A stretch of DNA of 64,000 nucleotides, from positions 295,740,001-295,804,000 of the forward strand of contig OZ024741.1 of NCBI GenBank assembly GCA_964016885.1. The letters are read 5' to 3'. Of this stretch, positions 1 through 13,061 are shown piece by piece (the stretch's first letter is position 1; each line of letters begins with the position of its first letter). The notes beneath the pieces were generated by a model, which did not search any database, was not told where the DNA came from, and saw only the letters and a program-made list of their open reading frames with translations. The position numbers and the translations under genes are program-made. The stretch is from Eledone cirrhosa (taxonomy: Eukaryota).

Positions 1-2032
1 TTTGCATTTTGGGCAGAGAATGGAGTTCCTACCTACACCTTTCCTACATACTGAGCAAGGCCATTTCCCTGAGGGGATCTGGGTTCTGTTTTCTCGTCTA
101 CTTACAAGGACCTTAGTCTTTGTCATGTTGACTTTGAGACCCTTTCTCTCTAGTTCCTGCTTCCAGGTTTGGAATTTATTCTCTAGTTCTACCATAGATT
201 CAGCTATGAGTGCGAGGTCATCTGCATACAGGAGTTCCCATGGGCATCCGGTCTTAAACTCCTCCGTTATTGCCTGCAGGACTATGATGAACAGGAGAGG
301 GCTAAGAACAGAGCCCTGGTGGACCCCAACCTGTACGCTAAATTCCTCGCTATACTCATTGCTAATCCTAACTTTGCTGACTGCTCCCCTATACATGGCT
401 TGTACCGCTTTCACAAGCCATTCATCTACTCCTAGTTTTCTAAGAGCCCACCAGATTACAGCATGTGGAACTCTGTCAAAGGCTTTCTCAAGGTCGACAA
501 ATGCCAAGTAGAGTGGCTTACTTTTAGCTAGGTACTTTTCCTGTAATTGCCTCACAAGGAAGAGGGCATCAGTGGTGCCTCTTCCTGGTACAAACCCAAA
601 TTGCATCTCGTCTATATTCACCCGGTCCCTAATCAGCTGTGCTATAACTCTTTCTGTTACTTTCATGACCTGGTCCATCAACTTCATACCTCTATAGTTT
701 CCTCTATCTAGTGCATCGCCTTTACCTTTGTAGCAGTTGACAATGATGCTACTGCACCAATCTTTTGGTATGGCCCCTTCTAGTATTACCTGGTTAACGA
801 TACGTGTGGTTATAGTGTGACCTACAGACCCAGATGCCTTCAGCATCTCGGCAGCTATACCCGATGGACCGGTTGCCTTCCCCATCTTCATATGTTTGAT
901 TGCCTTACTTACTACGCTGCTGCTGACTTGTACTGCTGGTCCCTCTATAGGGTCTACTTGGGGTAGGGTCTCTTCTTCCCATGCATTCTCCTCATTTAGT
1001 AATCTATCATAATGACTCTTCCATGCATCTTTCTTCTCAGCACTTGTGAGGGCAAGCTCACCTTTATCATTCCGGATACACTTCTCTCCAATGACATCGC
1101 AACTATCTCTGACACACTGCCTCGCAATCTTGAATACCTCCTGTTTCTGGTCCTCACGGTGTAAAACATGCTTGAATTTTCTATCCTCTGCTTCCCTCCT
1201 AGCTAAGTATACTTGTCGCCTAGCTTCCCTCTTGGTCTCTATGTAATGTACCCTGCTCCCCCCGTTCTTCCATTCTTTCCATGCCTGTCTCTTGGCCTTA
1301 ACTGCTTCATCTACCTTATTGTTCCACCACCAAGTCACTCTCCTCCTGCTTGAGGTCTTACTCCAGCCACAGACCTCATCCGTCGCCTCTAGTAAATTAT
1401 TTTTTAGGAACTCCCAGTTCTCTTCTACGTTAAATGTCTCTATCTGTTCTTCTTTACTGTCGTAGGCGTTGAGTAAAATATCTTTAAATCTGTTACTGGT
1501 TGAGGGGACTTTCAGCTTCCAGATCTTTCTTCTCCAGGTTGGCCTCTGTTTCCGGGTTCGTCTAGTTCTGACCGTGAGGTCGCTGACAACTAAGCTATGT
1601 TGGGATGTACATTCCTCACTAGGGAAGGCTTTTGTGTTTACGACCGTCCATCTGTCACGTCCTCTGATGAGGATAAAATCTAACTGACTAGAGTGCTCCC
1701 CTGATCTGTAGGTGATCAGGTGGTTTTCGGGTTTTTTTAAGTTTGTGTTACATATCGACATGTCATTGGCGTCGCAGAATTCTAGAAGTCTGAATCCTTC
1801 CTCGTTCCTTGTGCCAACTCCATGGCCTCCATGTACTCTATTGAAGCTGTCGCAGTGTTTACCTATGTGTCCGTTAAAATCTCCTGCGATGATTAGGAAG
1901 TCCTTGTCGTCTGTTAGAGCAGTAGTGTGTATTAGGGACTCGTAAAACCTATCCTTAAGTTCGTCTGGCAGCCCCGATTGGGGTGCGTAAGCTGATATTA
2001 TTGTGGTAATTGTCTTATTCAGGACTAGTCTA
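1..2032 (-). mobile_element. RTE-clade LINE, 5'-truncated (APE endonuclease C-part plus RT), continues off the left edge
   Basis: Minus strand reads TIISAYAPQSG, GDFNGHIG, NYRGMKLMDQVMK, FVDLEKAFDRVP, GVHQGSVLSP, LLYADDL; homologous to 2815-7138. The + ORFs are antisense shadows. Confidence 0.9.
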
Positions 2033-2034
2033 TA

Positions 2035-2096
<62 letters not shown>

Positions 2097-2097
2097 A

Positions 2098-2572
<475 letters not shown>

Positions 2573-2814
2573 CATCATCATCATCATCATCATCAGGTTT
2601 ATATATATGTATAATGACCACATGTGAACTGGCCGCTAGTGAAAGCGGGGATATTACAGACGTGTTGATGGCTTTGCTGCTAAAAAAATAGTAGTAAGCA
2701 ACAACAAATTTTTTCTCTACATAGATTGGAGAATATATAAAATGATATTATATTATAGACACCCTATATATCTCTATGGATACTTAGTACTCAGAGAGAT
2801 ATTTACCTCATTTT

Positions 2815-5800
2815 ATCATCATCATCATCATCTTCGTTTAACGTCCATTTTCCACGCTAGCATGGGTTAGAGGGGAGTTGTCCCAATTTGAGTCAAGGTT
2901 GGTCGGGTGACCATGTCTTGCTCATATAGGACTATCTGGCAGGTTTTCTACGGCTGGATGCCCTTCCTAACACCAACCACATTTACAGTGTGGAACTGGG
3001 AACTTTTTACCGTGTTACCTACATGGCCACATTACAGCGTGGACTGTGCGTTTTTTGTCGTGACACCTACACGATCTCGATCTCATTATCTCATTTATTT
3101 GGACTGGATGTTGTGGTACCAACTTTACAGAGAGAGGGTGGTGTTGGTGGGAGTGGGAGGATAGTGTAGGGGCAGTGGATTGTGGTGTATATTTGGTTAA
3201 GAGGTGCCTACTGACTGTAGGTTTCGCTTTGTACATAGGCAAGAGGCAAGGCGGGTCTTCTGTATTACTGCGTAGCGCCAAAGATCTTGGTCCAGTGACA
3301 TTGTCTTAGAGAGGTGTAAGTGTGTAAGGACGGAATTTATTAGATCGTCTCAGGTTTTTCTGGGTCTACCTACTCCGTAACTACCATCAATTTTGATCGC
3401 CCTGCACTTTTTTATACAGCTGTCGTCTTTCATGCGCATCACGTGGCCATACCAACGTAGTCTTCTCTCAAGTAAACAGCATCTGATCCCTCTTATTCCT
3501 AATTTCTCACTTAGTTCATTTATGCTTTGCCGTTCACATATATTACTATTACACATCCAACGGAGCATGCATGCTTCGTTCCTTTCCAGTCTGCGCAGGT
3601 CCTCTGCACGTAATGCCCATGTCTCACTGCCATGTAGCATTGCTGTTCGTATACAAACATCATACAATCTGCCTTTCATTTTTAGAGAGAAACCTTTTGT
3701 GGCCAACAGCGGTATAAGCTCTCTGAACTTTTTCCATCCCGTTCTGACTCTGGCTACTGTACTTTCAGAACACCCTCCTCCACTGATGATTTCATCACCC
3801 AGGTAACGGAAAGTGTCTACTATTTCTATAAAACCATCTGGGCAATAGAAGGAGCTAGTATCCTGTGGACACTTGCTACTTATTGACTTATTGCACCTGA
3901 GCATCGGCCACATATAAAGTCTACGTTCTTAGATAGTTTACCTGTGATCCCACTACATCTTTTATGTACCCATACTTTGCATTTGGGACATAAAATGGAA
4001 TTTCTGCCTACTCCATTCCTACACACTGAGCATGGCCATTTCCCTGAGGGCACCTGTGCCCTATTTTCCTTTCTACAAACTAGAACTTTAGTCTTAGACA
4101 AGTTAACTTTAAGGCCTTTTGATTCTAGGCCATGCTTCCATGTTTCGAATTTCTTCTCTAGTTCAGCCATTGATTCAGCTATGAGCGTTAGATCATCTGC
4201 AATAAGAAGTTCCCATGGGCAGCCGGTCTTGAACTCCTCTGTTATAGCCTGAAGGGCAATAATAAATAGGAGGGAGCTAAGGACAGAGCCTTGATGAACG
4301 CCAACTTTTACACTAAATTCTTCACAATATTCATTGTTAATTCTAACCTTACTGACTGTTTCATTATACATAGCTTGTATAGCTCTCACAAGCCATTCAT
4401 CTACACCTAGTTTTCTAAGAGCCCACCAGATAATGGAGCAGGGGACTCTGTCAAAGGCTTTCTCCAGGTCTACAAAAGCTAAGTAGAGGGGTTTACTTTT
4501 AGTTAGGTACTTCTCTTGTAGTTGTTGTACAAGGAAAAGAGCGTCTGTGGTACTTTTACCTGACACAAACCCAAACTGCATTTCATCTAGATCAATTCAC
4601 TCTCTGATTAGTTGCGCTATAACTCTTTCTGTGACCTTCATGACCTGGTCAACTAACTTAATGCCTCTATAGTTTCCCCTATCTAGAGCATCCCCTTTAC
4701 CCTTGTAGCAGTTAATGATGATGCTGCTATGCCAGTCTTTCGGTATGACCCCATTCTGTATTACTTGGTTAACTATACGGGTGACCGTAGTGTGTCCCAC
4801 CACACCAGATGCCTTCAACATCTCAGCAACTATCTCCGAAGGCTCAGCTGCCTTGCCTGTCTTCATATCTTTGATTGCCTTACTTATTATACTTTAACTT
4901 GCACCACTGGTCCTTCTATTGGTTTGATTTGGGGCAGACTATCTTTTTCCCATTTATTCTCCTCATTTAATAGTCTCTCATAGTGACACTTCCAGGCTAT
5001 CTTCTTATCAGTATCAGTGAGCGCAAGTACACCATTATCATTACGGACACACTTCTCCCTGACAATATCACGGTTTACATTGACACATTGTCTAGCAATC
5101 CTGAACACCTCACGTTTTTGGTCCTCACGTTGTAGAACATGCTTGAACTTTCTATCCTCTGCTACCCTTTTTGCAAGGTACACTTGTCTCCTAGCTTCTC
5201 TCCTGGCCACTTGATAGTGTTCTCTACTTCCTCCATCCTGCCATACTTTCCAAGCCTGCTTTTTGGCCTTGGTTGTCTCTTCCACCTTACTGCTCCACCA
5301 CCAAGTTACTCTCCTCCTGCCAATATGTCTGCTCCAGCCACAGACTTCATCCGTTGCTTTCAGCAGGTTCACTTTCAAGAATTGCCACTGTTCCTCTATA
5401 TCGCACGTCTCTAATTGCTCTTCCTTATTGTCAAAGGGATCAAATAATAAGCTTTTAAATTTGTCACTGGCTATGGGGTCCTTCAACTTCCATATTCTTC
5501 TCCTCGAGGTAGGCCTCTTCTGTCGTCGAGTACGTCTATTCCTGACTATGAGGTCACTAACTACTAGGCTATGTTGGGAGGTGCATTCTTCACGGGGGAG
5601 GGATTTAGTGTTTACAACAGACACTTTGTCCTGTCTTCTAGTAAGGATATAATCTATCTGGCTGGAGTGTTCCCCTGATCTATAGGTGATCAAGTGGTTT
5701 TCACGTTTTTTGAAGTTTGTGTTACAGATATATTTCTTTATTAGCCACAGGGGCACAAAAGAAGGGGACAAATACAAAGGGGGAAGTTTACATACAATAA

Positions 5801-7138
5801 AAACGTGTAAAATGTTATCACAGATGGAATTTAAAAGTTAGTCGATTTTCCCCAATAGAGGGAGACAGTTTATATGGGTAACACATACCCCCGAAAAAAA
5901 TGTGCAACCCTCATCTCCAGGAGTACGAAGAGCTTGTACTCCTTTCCTCTCCTCCTCCTTTTCCTCAATCTACAGGCTGATATAGAGAGAAGGCCCATTC
6001 ACTCGGGCCATTCTCGCCACTTTCACCCACCTTTCATAAAACTTGCTGGGGTACAGCACCTCTCTCTCCATCCTGATTCTTCTTCCAAAGTGGTATTTGA
6101 AAAAAAGAATCAGTTGTTGGCCGGAGAGAAAGGTGTCTGACCTCAGCCCTTTTAACCTTGTCCACCATACAACCTCTTTCGCCATAGCTATCACACAAAG
6201 GAAAACCGCCTCTCCTTCGTTTTTGAAGGAGGGTGGCGGTTTGATCATGACAATGGACTCGGTGGTCAACTGGATTGGTCCCACCCGCGACAATAGTTTG
6301 TGTTACAGATAGTTAGGCTATTTGCGTCTCAGAATTCCAGGATTCTGAAGCCCTCCTCATTTCTATTTCCAACCCCATAGCCTCCATGGATTCCATCATA
6401 GCCATCACTATGTTGTCCAACGTGACCGCTTAGATCGCCAGCAATAATTAAGTAGTCGCTGTCGGTTATTTGGGAGGTAGTGTGCATTAGCATCTCATAG
6501 AACCTGTCCTTTATAACATCAGGTAGACCAGATTGGGGTGCATAAGTGGATATTATTGTCACGGTAGTTCTATTTAGAACTAGTCTTAATTTAATTATTC
6601 TGTCATCACTCTATTTATGTCAATTACCTTATCTACCCATTTTTCAGCTAACATAATTCCTACACCACCCTGTCTGTTGTCATTTCCGACCCAGAAAAGT
6701 TTATAGCATTGTTTTTTACCCACGATGAATCTGGCAGACCCCCCCCCCCCTCTCCACCCAGTCTCTTGAATACAACAAACATCATCTTCTTTACGTTCAA
6801 GCATCACTACTACCTCATTTGAGCAACCTTTCAATGTGCCTACGTTCATGGTACCAACTCTGAAGTTGGGAGAGTGGGATGGATGGGTTGGCGGGGCAGG
6901 GAGGGGTGTGGGAGACGGAATTTTGTTGGTCATCCGTGTCTGAAATAAAGAGGGATCCTTGTATTCTCGTCTTGCAGCGGGAGGTAAATTTATCTTTATC
7001 TGTGACATTGTCATTGAGTGCTTAGACTTTTCAAATTTCCGCAGTCAACCCATCAAACAGGTCTAAACTTAAGGAGTAGTAACCGAGGTGGTAGCTTTGC
7101 TATACTGATTTGTTAGAGAACTTACTAAAGCCGCTGAG
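2815..7138 (-). mobile_element. Near full-length degraded RTE-clade LINE (APE, RT, PHD finger, thumb, 3' UTR, (GAT)n tail) interrupted by a Tx1 fragment
   Basis: Collinear ORF pieces 6595-7014 (VGTMNVGTL, CCIQETGW), 6329-6562, 4887-5730, 4597-4866, 3880-4581 (LEKAFDRVP, HQGSVLS, IADDL), 3350-3913 (RRLRWYGHVMRM...GRPRKT); frameshifts and stops; (CAT)n at about 2815-2832. Confidence 0.92.
5731..6294 (-). mobile_element. 5'-truncated Tx1/L1-type LINE 3' fragment nested in the RTE, 17-bp TSD
   Basis: ORF 5970-6293 matches the C-terminus of the copy at 50682-54895; AGTTTGTGTTACAGATA is duplicated at 5714-5730 and 6295-6311. Confidence 0.92.
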
Positions 7139-7214
7139 TTATATATATATATATATATATATAGAATAAGAAAAAGCGAAGTAGTTTCAGATGTTAAAGT
7201 ACTTTAATAATAAT

Positions 7215-7290
7215 GCTGTGATACATATTTCAATGACAACAGTGGCCACATGGTTCGGTGCGCCCAGTTTCCGTGACATCATCAGACAGC
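7215..7290 (-). ncRNA. Degenerate minimal type I hammerhead ribozyme in a Penelope-like tail
   Basis: Minus strand GCTGT-CTGATGA-(imperfect stem II)-GAAA-TATGTA-TC-ACAGC; stem I GCTGT/ACAGC; ends near (TA)n at about 7140-7162. Confidence 0.6.
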
Positions 7291-7984
7291 TTGTTTCATA
7301 ATAAGGTTATGTTTCCGAGGCAATCCAAATTGAATTGACATGGGAACGTACAAAGCGTGTGCTCTTGAGTTCTTTGCCCGTTCCCTTGTGAGTCCCAAAG
7401 TATGTATATATATATAAAAAAAACAAAAATTAATTTTCACATACCAATTTTCACAACCAAGCTATTAGCAGAGAAGGATGGACAGAGAAATGAACTCTCT
7501 TCTCTGAATAAACATGTATGTGAAAATTAATTTTTCTTCCCCTTTTTATTTTTATTATTATTATTATTATCACTATTTGTACAAATATGCAACTTAACAA
7601 TATACTGCATATCCGCAATTGACAATGCAAATAATGCTGAAACTGGTATTGTAAATAAATTAAGGTTTTGATATTTCACTGAAAAAATCCCTTCAACATT
7701 TTCTACTGAAAAAATCTTTTTCCTTTCTACTATTTGTTTCTATATATATCAACTCGTGTGTTACTTTTCTACAAAGAAATTGTAAACAAAAAGAAATTGT
7801 AAATGTAACTGGAGTCTTTAAAGAATATTTATTTATTTACTTTACCGGCGCTACAGTTCTTATGCTTTTCAAGAGTAAAATTTAGATGGAGGGTTTGTGT
7901 TTCTGTTGTGGTTTATTGACAAGATCCCAGACCTCATACGCTTAATGAGTGGGGTGGAGCTTGTCAAATCGGTCTTTCCAATTA

Positions 7985-8110
7985 CTAATAATATCTGTCA
8001 GTCACAACTCCAGGCAGAAGGAACAACGTGAAATAAAGTGTCTTGCTCAAGGACATAACACATCGCACAGTCTGGGAATCAAAATCACCTCACGACTGTG
8101 AATCCAATTC
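7985..8110 (-). mobile_element. CORE-type (OR2-like) SINE fragment
   Basis: GAACAACGTGAAATAAAGTGTCTTGCTCAAGGACATAACAC core, as in the copies at 20.9 and 41.6 kb. Confidence 0.7.
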
Positions 8111-8123
8111 TATATATACATAT

Positions 8124-8215
<92 letters not shown>

Positions 8216-8569
8216 CGAGAGAGAGAGAGAGAGTAGCAGTTGAAAGAGTGTGCAAACTTCTGTGATGTAAATGTAAGAGAGAAATAATTATGTTATGAAA
8301 GTTACATTGAAATTACTAATGACATCTCAAAGACATCCAATTCTATCAAAATATCTCAGTTTACGTGTTCTATGATGAAGAATCCAAATAAGTTGGGGAG
8401 AGATTTAGGAAACTAGATTCAGTCAGCAATGCCTCAAAAGCTGTTGACATATTTTACTAATAAATCTTTTGTAATTAACTTTTAGCATGATAAGAGCATG
8501 GCATATAGTGAATAAGTGAAAAAAGATTATATATATATATACAGTGATGATAATGATGATATGTATATT

Positions 8570-8703
8570 AGAAAGACGGCTGAGTTCTTGCCGTTTTGAC
8601 AGCTAATTCCAGTCTGAGCTCAGCCGTTGGACCCCAACTCTTTCTAGTATAGTCACACTCTACTATCCCAAGTCTTGAGTACTCTGTTGTATACTGGTTT
8701 AAT

Positions 8704-8708
<5 letters not shown>
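8570..8708. repeat. Unclassified (TA)n-embedded hairpin-ended element, subfamily A
   Basis: Shares TAGTCACACTCTACTATCCCAAG with the reverse complement of 48262-48427; terminal inverted arm around an internal GCCGT-TTTG-ACAGC hairpin. Confidence 0.65.
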
Positions 8709-8747
<39 letters not shown>

Positions 8748-8794
8748 AAGTAGATAAGTCAACAGGTTAAAATTAATTTTGTTTATTCATATTC

Positions 8795-8853
8795 GCTGCA
8801 ATATATATTTCAGTGATAACCATTATTCAACAGCTATGACCTCATCAGGCAGC
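8795..8853 (-). ncRNA. Minimal type I hammerhead ribozyme in a Penelope-like tail
   Basis: Minus strand GCTGC-CTGATGA-GGTCATAGC...GTTATCACT-GAAA-TATATA-TT-GCAGC: stem I 5 bp, stem II 9 bp with one mismatch, palindromic stem III loop; AATAAA and (TA)n follow. Confidence 0.75.
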
Positions 8854-9014
8854 TAGAACTTGAACAGAAAAAACAGGAAAACATAATGGTGGAACAGAGT
8901 TTACCTTATTAATTTGTTGATATGCCCAGATCCAAAATGTGGTTTTGTTTATTCAAAGAACTGGTGGCATATCAAATTTATGTGTGTGTATATATATATA
9001 TATACATATATAAA

Positions 9015-10565
9015 TCATCATCATCATCATCATCATCATTTTACGTCCGCTTTTCCCTGCTTGCAAGGGTGGGACGGGTCCTATTCAGCGCAGCATCTCT
9101 CCACTTGTCACGGTCCTTCGTAATCTCCTCGGTGAGTTTCAGCGATCGATCTGACGTCTGCTCTCACCACCTCCGCCCATGTTTTTCGTGGTCTACCTCT
9201 ACTGCGTCTTCCTTCTACTGGGATTTCTTGGCACTTCTTTACCCAGTGGTCATCCTCCATGTGCATCACATGTCGAAACCATCTCAGCCTTCTCTCCTGC
9301 ACACCACAACTTATCCCTCATATACCCAGTTTCTTTCTCAACTCGTCTATGCTTGGTCATTCACGCACATTGACATTGCACATCCAACGGAGCATACTTG
9401 CTTCAGAACTATGGCCTCAGAACACCCCCTCCCATGCTAATCTGATCACCTAGGTACCGGAAGCTATCAACCACTTCTATAGAACCCACCTGCATTGGAA
9501 AAATGAGTCTCTCACTGTGATTACTACTGCCAACTGTCCCTGTACATCTACTGCATATGTAGTTTTCCCTACCTGTTAGTTTGCCTGCTATCCCACTACA
9601 TCTCTTGTGTACCCAAGATCTGTATTGCGTACATTTTATGGAATTTATGCCAGTTCCTTTCCTACATATCGAACATAGCCATTTCCCTGATGGAATCAGA
9701 GTATTGTCCTCTCTTCTACTTATAAACACTTTTGTTTTAGCTATGTTCACTCTCAGGCCTCTTGATTCCAACTGCTGTTTCCATAGCCAGAATTTATTCT
9801 CTAGCTCCCCTACTGATTCTGCTATAAGAACCAGATCATCAGCACAGAGAAGTTCCCATGGACAGCCAGTCTTAAACTCCTCTGTTATGGCTTGGAGGAC
9901 TATAATGAACAAGAGCGGGCTGAGGACCAAACCCTGATGTACACCTACTTGTATCTGTAATTCCTCACTAAACTCCATTCCTACCCTGACCTTACTGACA
10001 GCACCTCTGTACAAAGTTTGCACTGTCCTCACAAGCCATTCCTCTACACCTATTTTCCTTAGGAACCACCAGATAACAGATTGGGGTACCATATCAAAGG
10101 CCTTCTCTAGGTCAACAAAGGCTAAGTATAGTGACTTATTCTTCTCTAAGAACCTCTCTTGTAATTGTCTCACCAAGAAGAGGGCATCTGTTGTACTTTT
10201 CCGAGGCACAAAACCAAACTGCATCTCATCTAGTTTGACCCTTTCTCTAATCAGTTGTGCTAATATTCTCTTTGCCACTTTCATAACCTGATCCATCAGT
10301 TTTAAACCCCTATAATTGCTCCTCTCCAGAGCATCCCCTTTACCTTTGTAGCAATTTATGAGAATACTGCTGCACCAGACTTTGGGTATGACATCACCAT
10401 ATATAGCCTGATTGATGATGCATGCAGCCAGTTTAGTGCCTACGTCCCCTGATGACTTCAACAGCTCAGCAACTATCCCCGATGGTCCAGCAGCCTTACC
10501 ATTCTTCATTTTCTTAATTGCTTCTTGTACCCTATATTCGTCAATCTCAATAGCTGGTCCCTCTG
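9015..10565 (-). mobile_element. 5'-truncated RTE-clade LINE (RT, PHD finger, internally deleted thumb, (GAT)n tail)
   Basis: ORF 9409-10509 (366 aa; KAAGPSG, NYRGLKL, LEKAFD, LCADDL) plus 9108-9302 (RRLRWFRHVMHM, GRPRKTW). Confidence 0.9.
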
Positions 10566-10803
10566 TAATCTAACGCAGCATTGTGTCTGTTCTGTGGATA
10601 TATATATAATGACTGACGAAATACACACGGTTTTTTTTTCAAGAAAATGTTTTCCCTTCCTTCCTCTTCTCACTCTCTATTTCATCTTTTATTTTTCATT
10701 CTATCTTATGATGAAACAACTCTTTTCCTACTATATCAAGCATTAAACTCGTTGTACTGTGTCATTTGCTTTGTTATTTCTCTTTACATTCTATATATAT
10801 ATA

Positions 10804-12328
10804 TGGAAAAAGCCTTTGACAGATTGCCTCATGCTATAATCTGGTGGGCTCTTAGAAAACTAGGAGTAGATGAATGGCTTGTGAAAGCTGTACAAGCCAT
10901 GTATAGGGGAGCAGTCAGCAAAGTTAGGGTTAGCAATGACTATAGCGAGGAATTTAGCATACAGGTCGGTGTCCACCAGGGCTCTGTTCTCAGCCCTCCC
11001 CTGTTCATTATAGTTTTGCAGGCAATAACAGAAGAGTTTAAGACCGGATGCCCATGGGAACTCCTGTATGCGGATGATCTTACGCTTATAGCTGAATCTA
11101 TGGTGGAACTAGAGAAGAAATTCCAAACATGGAAGCAGGGATAAAAAGAAAGGGTATTAAAGTCAACCTGACAAAGACTAAGGTCCTTGTAAGTAGACAA
11201 GAAAACAGAGCCCAGATCCCCTCAGGGAAATGGTCTTGCTGAGTATGTAGGAAAGGTGTACGTAGGGACTGCATCCTCTGCCCCAAATGCAAACAATGGG
11301 TACACAAGAGATGTAGTGGGATCTCAGGAAGCTTAACTAAGAATGTAGGCTTCACATGTAGCAGCTGTGCTGGGACATCAAGCAGCAAACGGCCACAGGA
11401 AACAAGCACCACCAAACTCTGGGAGGGCTCTGTAGAAACAGTAGACAGCTTCTGCTACCTAGATGACTGAATTAGCAGCGGAGGTGGGTGTTCAGAAATG
11501 ACAGTAGCCAGGGTAAGAACGGGATGGAAGAAGTTCAGGGAGCTACTACCACTGCTAGTTGCAAAAGGCTTTTCCCTCAAAATGAAAGGCAGGCTGTCTG
11601 ATGCGTGTACACGAACATCAATGTTACATGGTAGTGAGACCTGGGTGCTGTCTGTAGAAGACTTACGTAGATTAGAAACGAAGCTTACATGGATGTGTAA
11701 TAGTAATATACGCGAACGGCAAAGCATAAATAAATTGAGAGAGAGACTGAGCATAAGAGGAATCAAATGCTGTGTGCAGGAGAAGAGGTTGCGTTGGTAT
11801 GGACATGTGATGTGTATGAAGGATGACAGCTGCATAAAAAGGTACAGAGCACTAGAAGTCGATGGAAACCGCGGAGTGGAGAGACCCAAGAAGACCTGGG
11901 ATGAGGTGATAAAAGCCAACCTTGCCCAATTGCACCTCTCAAAGGCGATGACACAGGACCGTGACCTCTGGTGTCACACAGTAATACAGAAGACCCAACT
12001 TCCCATGGGTACAAGCCAAAGCTGAAGCATATAGACAATATGCCCCCACCCCTCCCACTGCAAAGTGGTCGTGGAGGTGCCACGGCAAAAAAGCACCCAG
12101 CCCACAGTGTAAAGTGGTCGTGTAGGCGCCATGGTAAAAAAGCAACTAGCACTCACTGTAAATGAGGTTGGTGTTAGGAAGGGCATCCAGCTGTAGAAAT
12201 CAAGCCAGAATCAGTTCCCGTATGAGCAAGACAAGGTCAACCGACCAGGCACTGCCAACAGGACAGCCCGTCTAACCCATGCTAGCGTGGAAACATGGAC
12301 GTAAAATGGTGATGATGATGATGATGAT
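10804..12328 (+). mobile_element. 5'-truncated RTE-clade LINE inserted in (TA)n
   Basis: EKAFDRLP...LLYADDL (10804-11144), PHD finger, thumb (11498-12025), repeated 3' UTR units, (GAT)n tail; TA repeats on both sides. Confidence 0.9.
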
Positions 12329-12789
12329 ATATATATATATAAGTGTTAAGAAGGGCATCCAGCTGCATATTTTTGCCTTGGTGAATGAATATCAAGATAT
12401 TCAAGATAAATCAAGATATATCTTGGGATGTTCATGTATGTCTAGTTACCACACACACGCGTGTAATATAGGTGTGTATTGTGTGTATTTATGTGTCTGT
12501 GCATTCACATGTATGTGTGTGTGCATTCACATGTATGTGTGTGTGTGAAGGTAAATAGTTTATGACTCACATGCCCATTATTCAGAGTTTATAGATACAC
12601 AAACACGTCTCTAATCGATCATTTGTCAATAATGATTAGAACTTTGGATGCATTTGACTTGAAACGTGTTTTCTTATTGGTTGCTGGTAAGTTAGGTTCC
12701 CGCTAGATGTATTTGATCACTTAATAGAAATTAATGAGTATTGCTGAGTAAATCATTGTTACATCATAAAGATGTTATTAATGTGCAGG

Positions 12790-13061
12790 GTGAAGGCACG
12801 TGGCCTTATGGTTAGGGTGCTGGGTTTATGATCATAATGTTGTGTGTTCCATTCCTGGACCAGGTGCTACAATTCATTTCACATTGCTCCTGTCAACTCA
12901 GCTGAAAATCTGTACTACAGCAGAAGCTTGAGGTTACCCTTGCAATGGACAGATGTCTTGTCAAGGTGGAGGGTGGGGTCTTGAAATCTGTCACTTAATA
13001 CCCAATGAAACTAGGATACACTCTAGTGAGATGAGTCTCTCAACTTGGAACAGACTTCAAC
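12790..13061 (+). mobile_element. tRNA-headed CORE-type (OR2-like) SINE, CpG-decayed
   Basis: Head GAAGGCACGTGGCCTTATGGTTAGGGTG, core TTCATTTCACATTGCTCC...ACTCAGCTG, tail ending CAGACTT. Confidence 0.75.
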
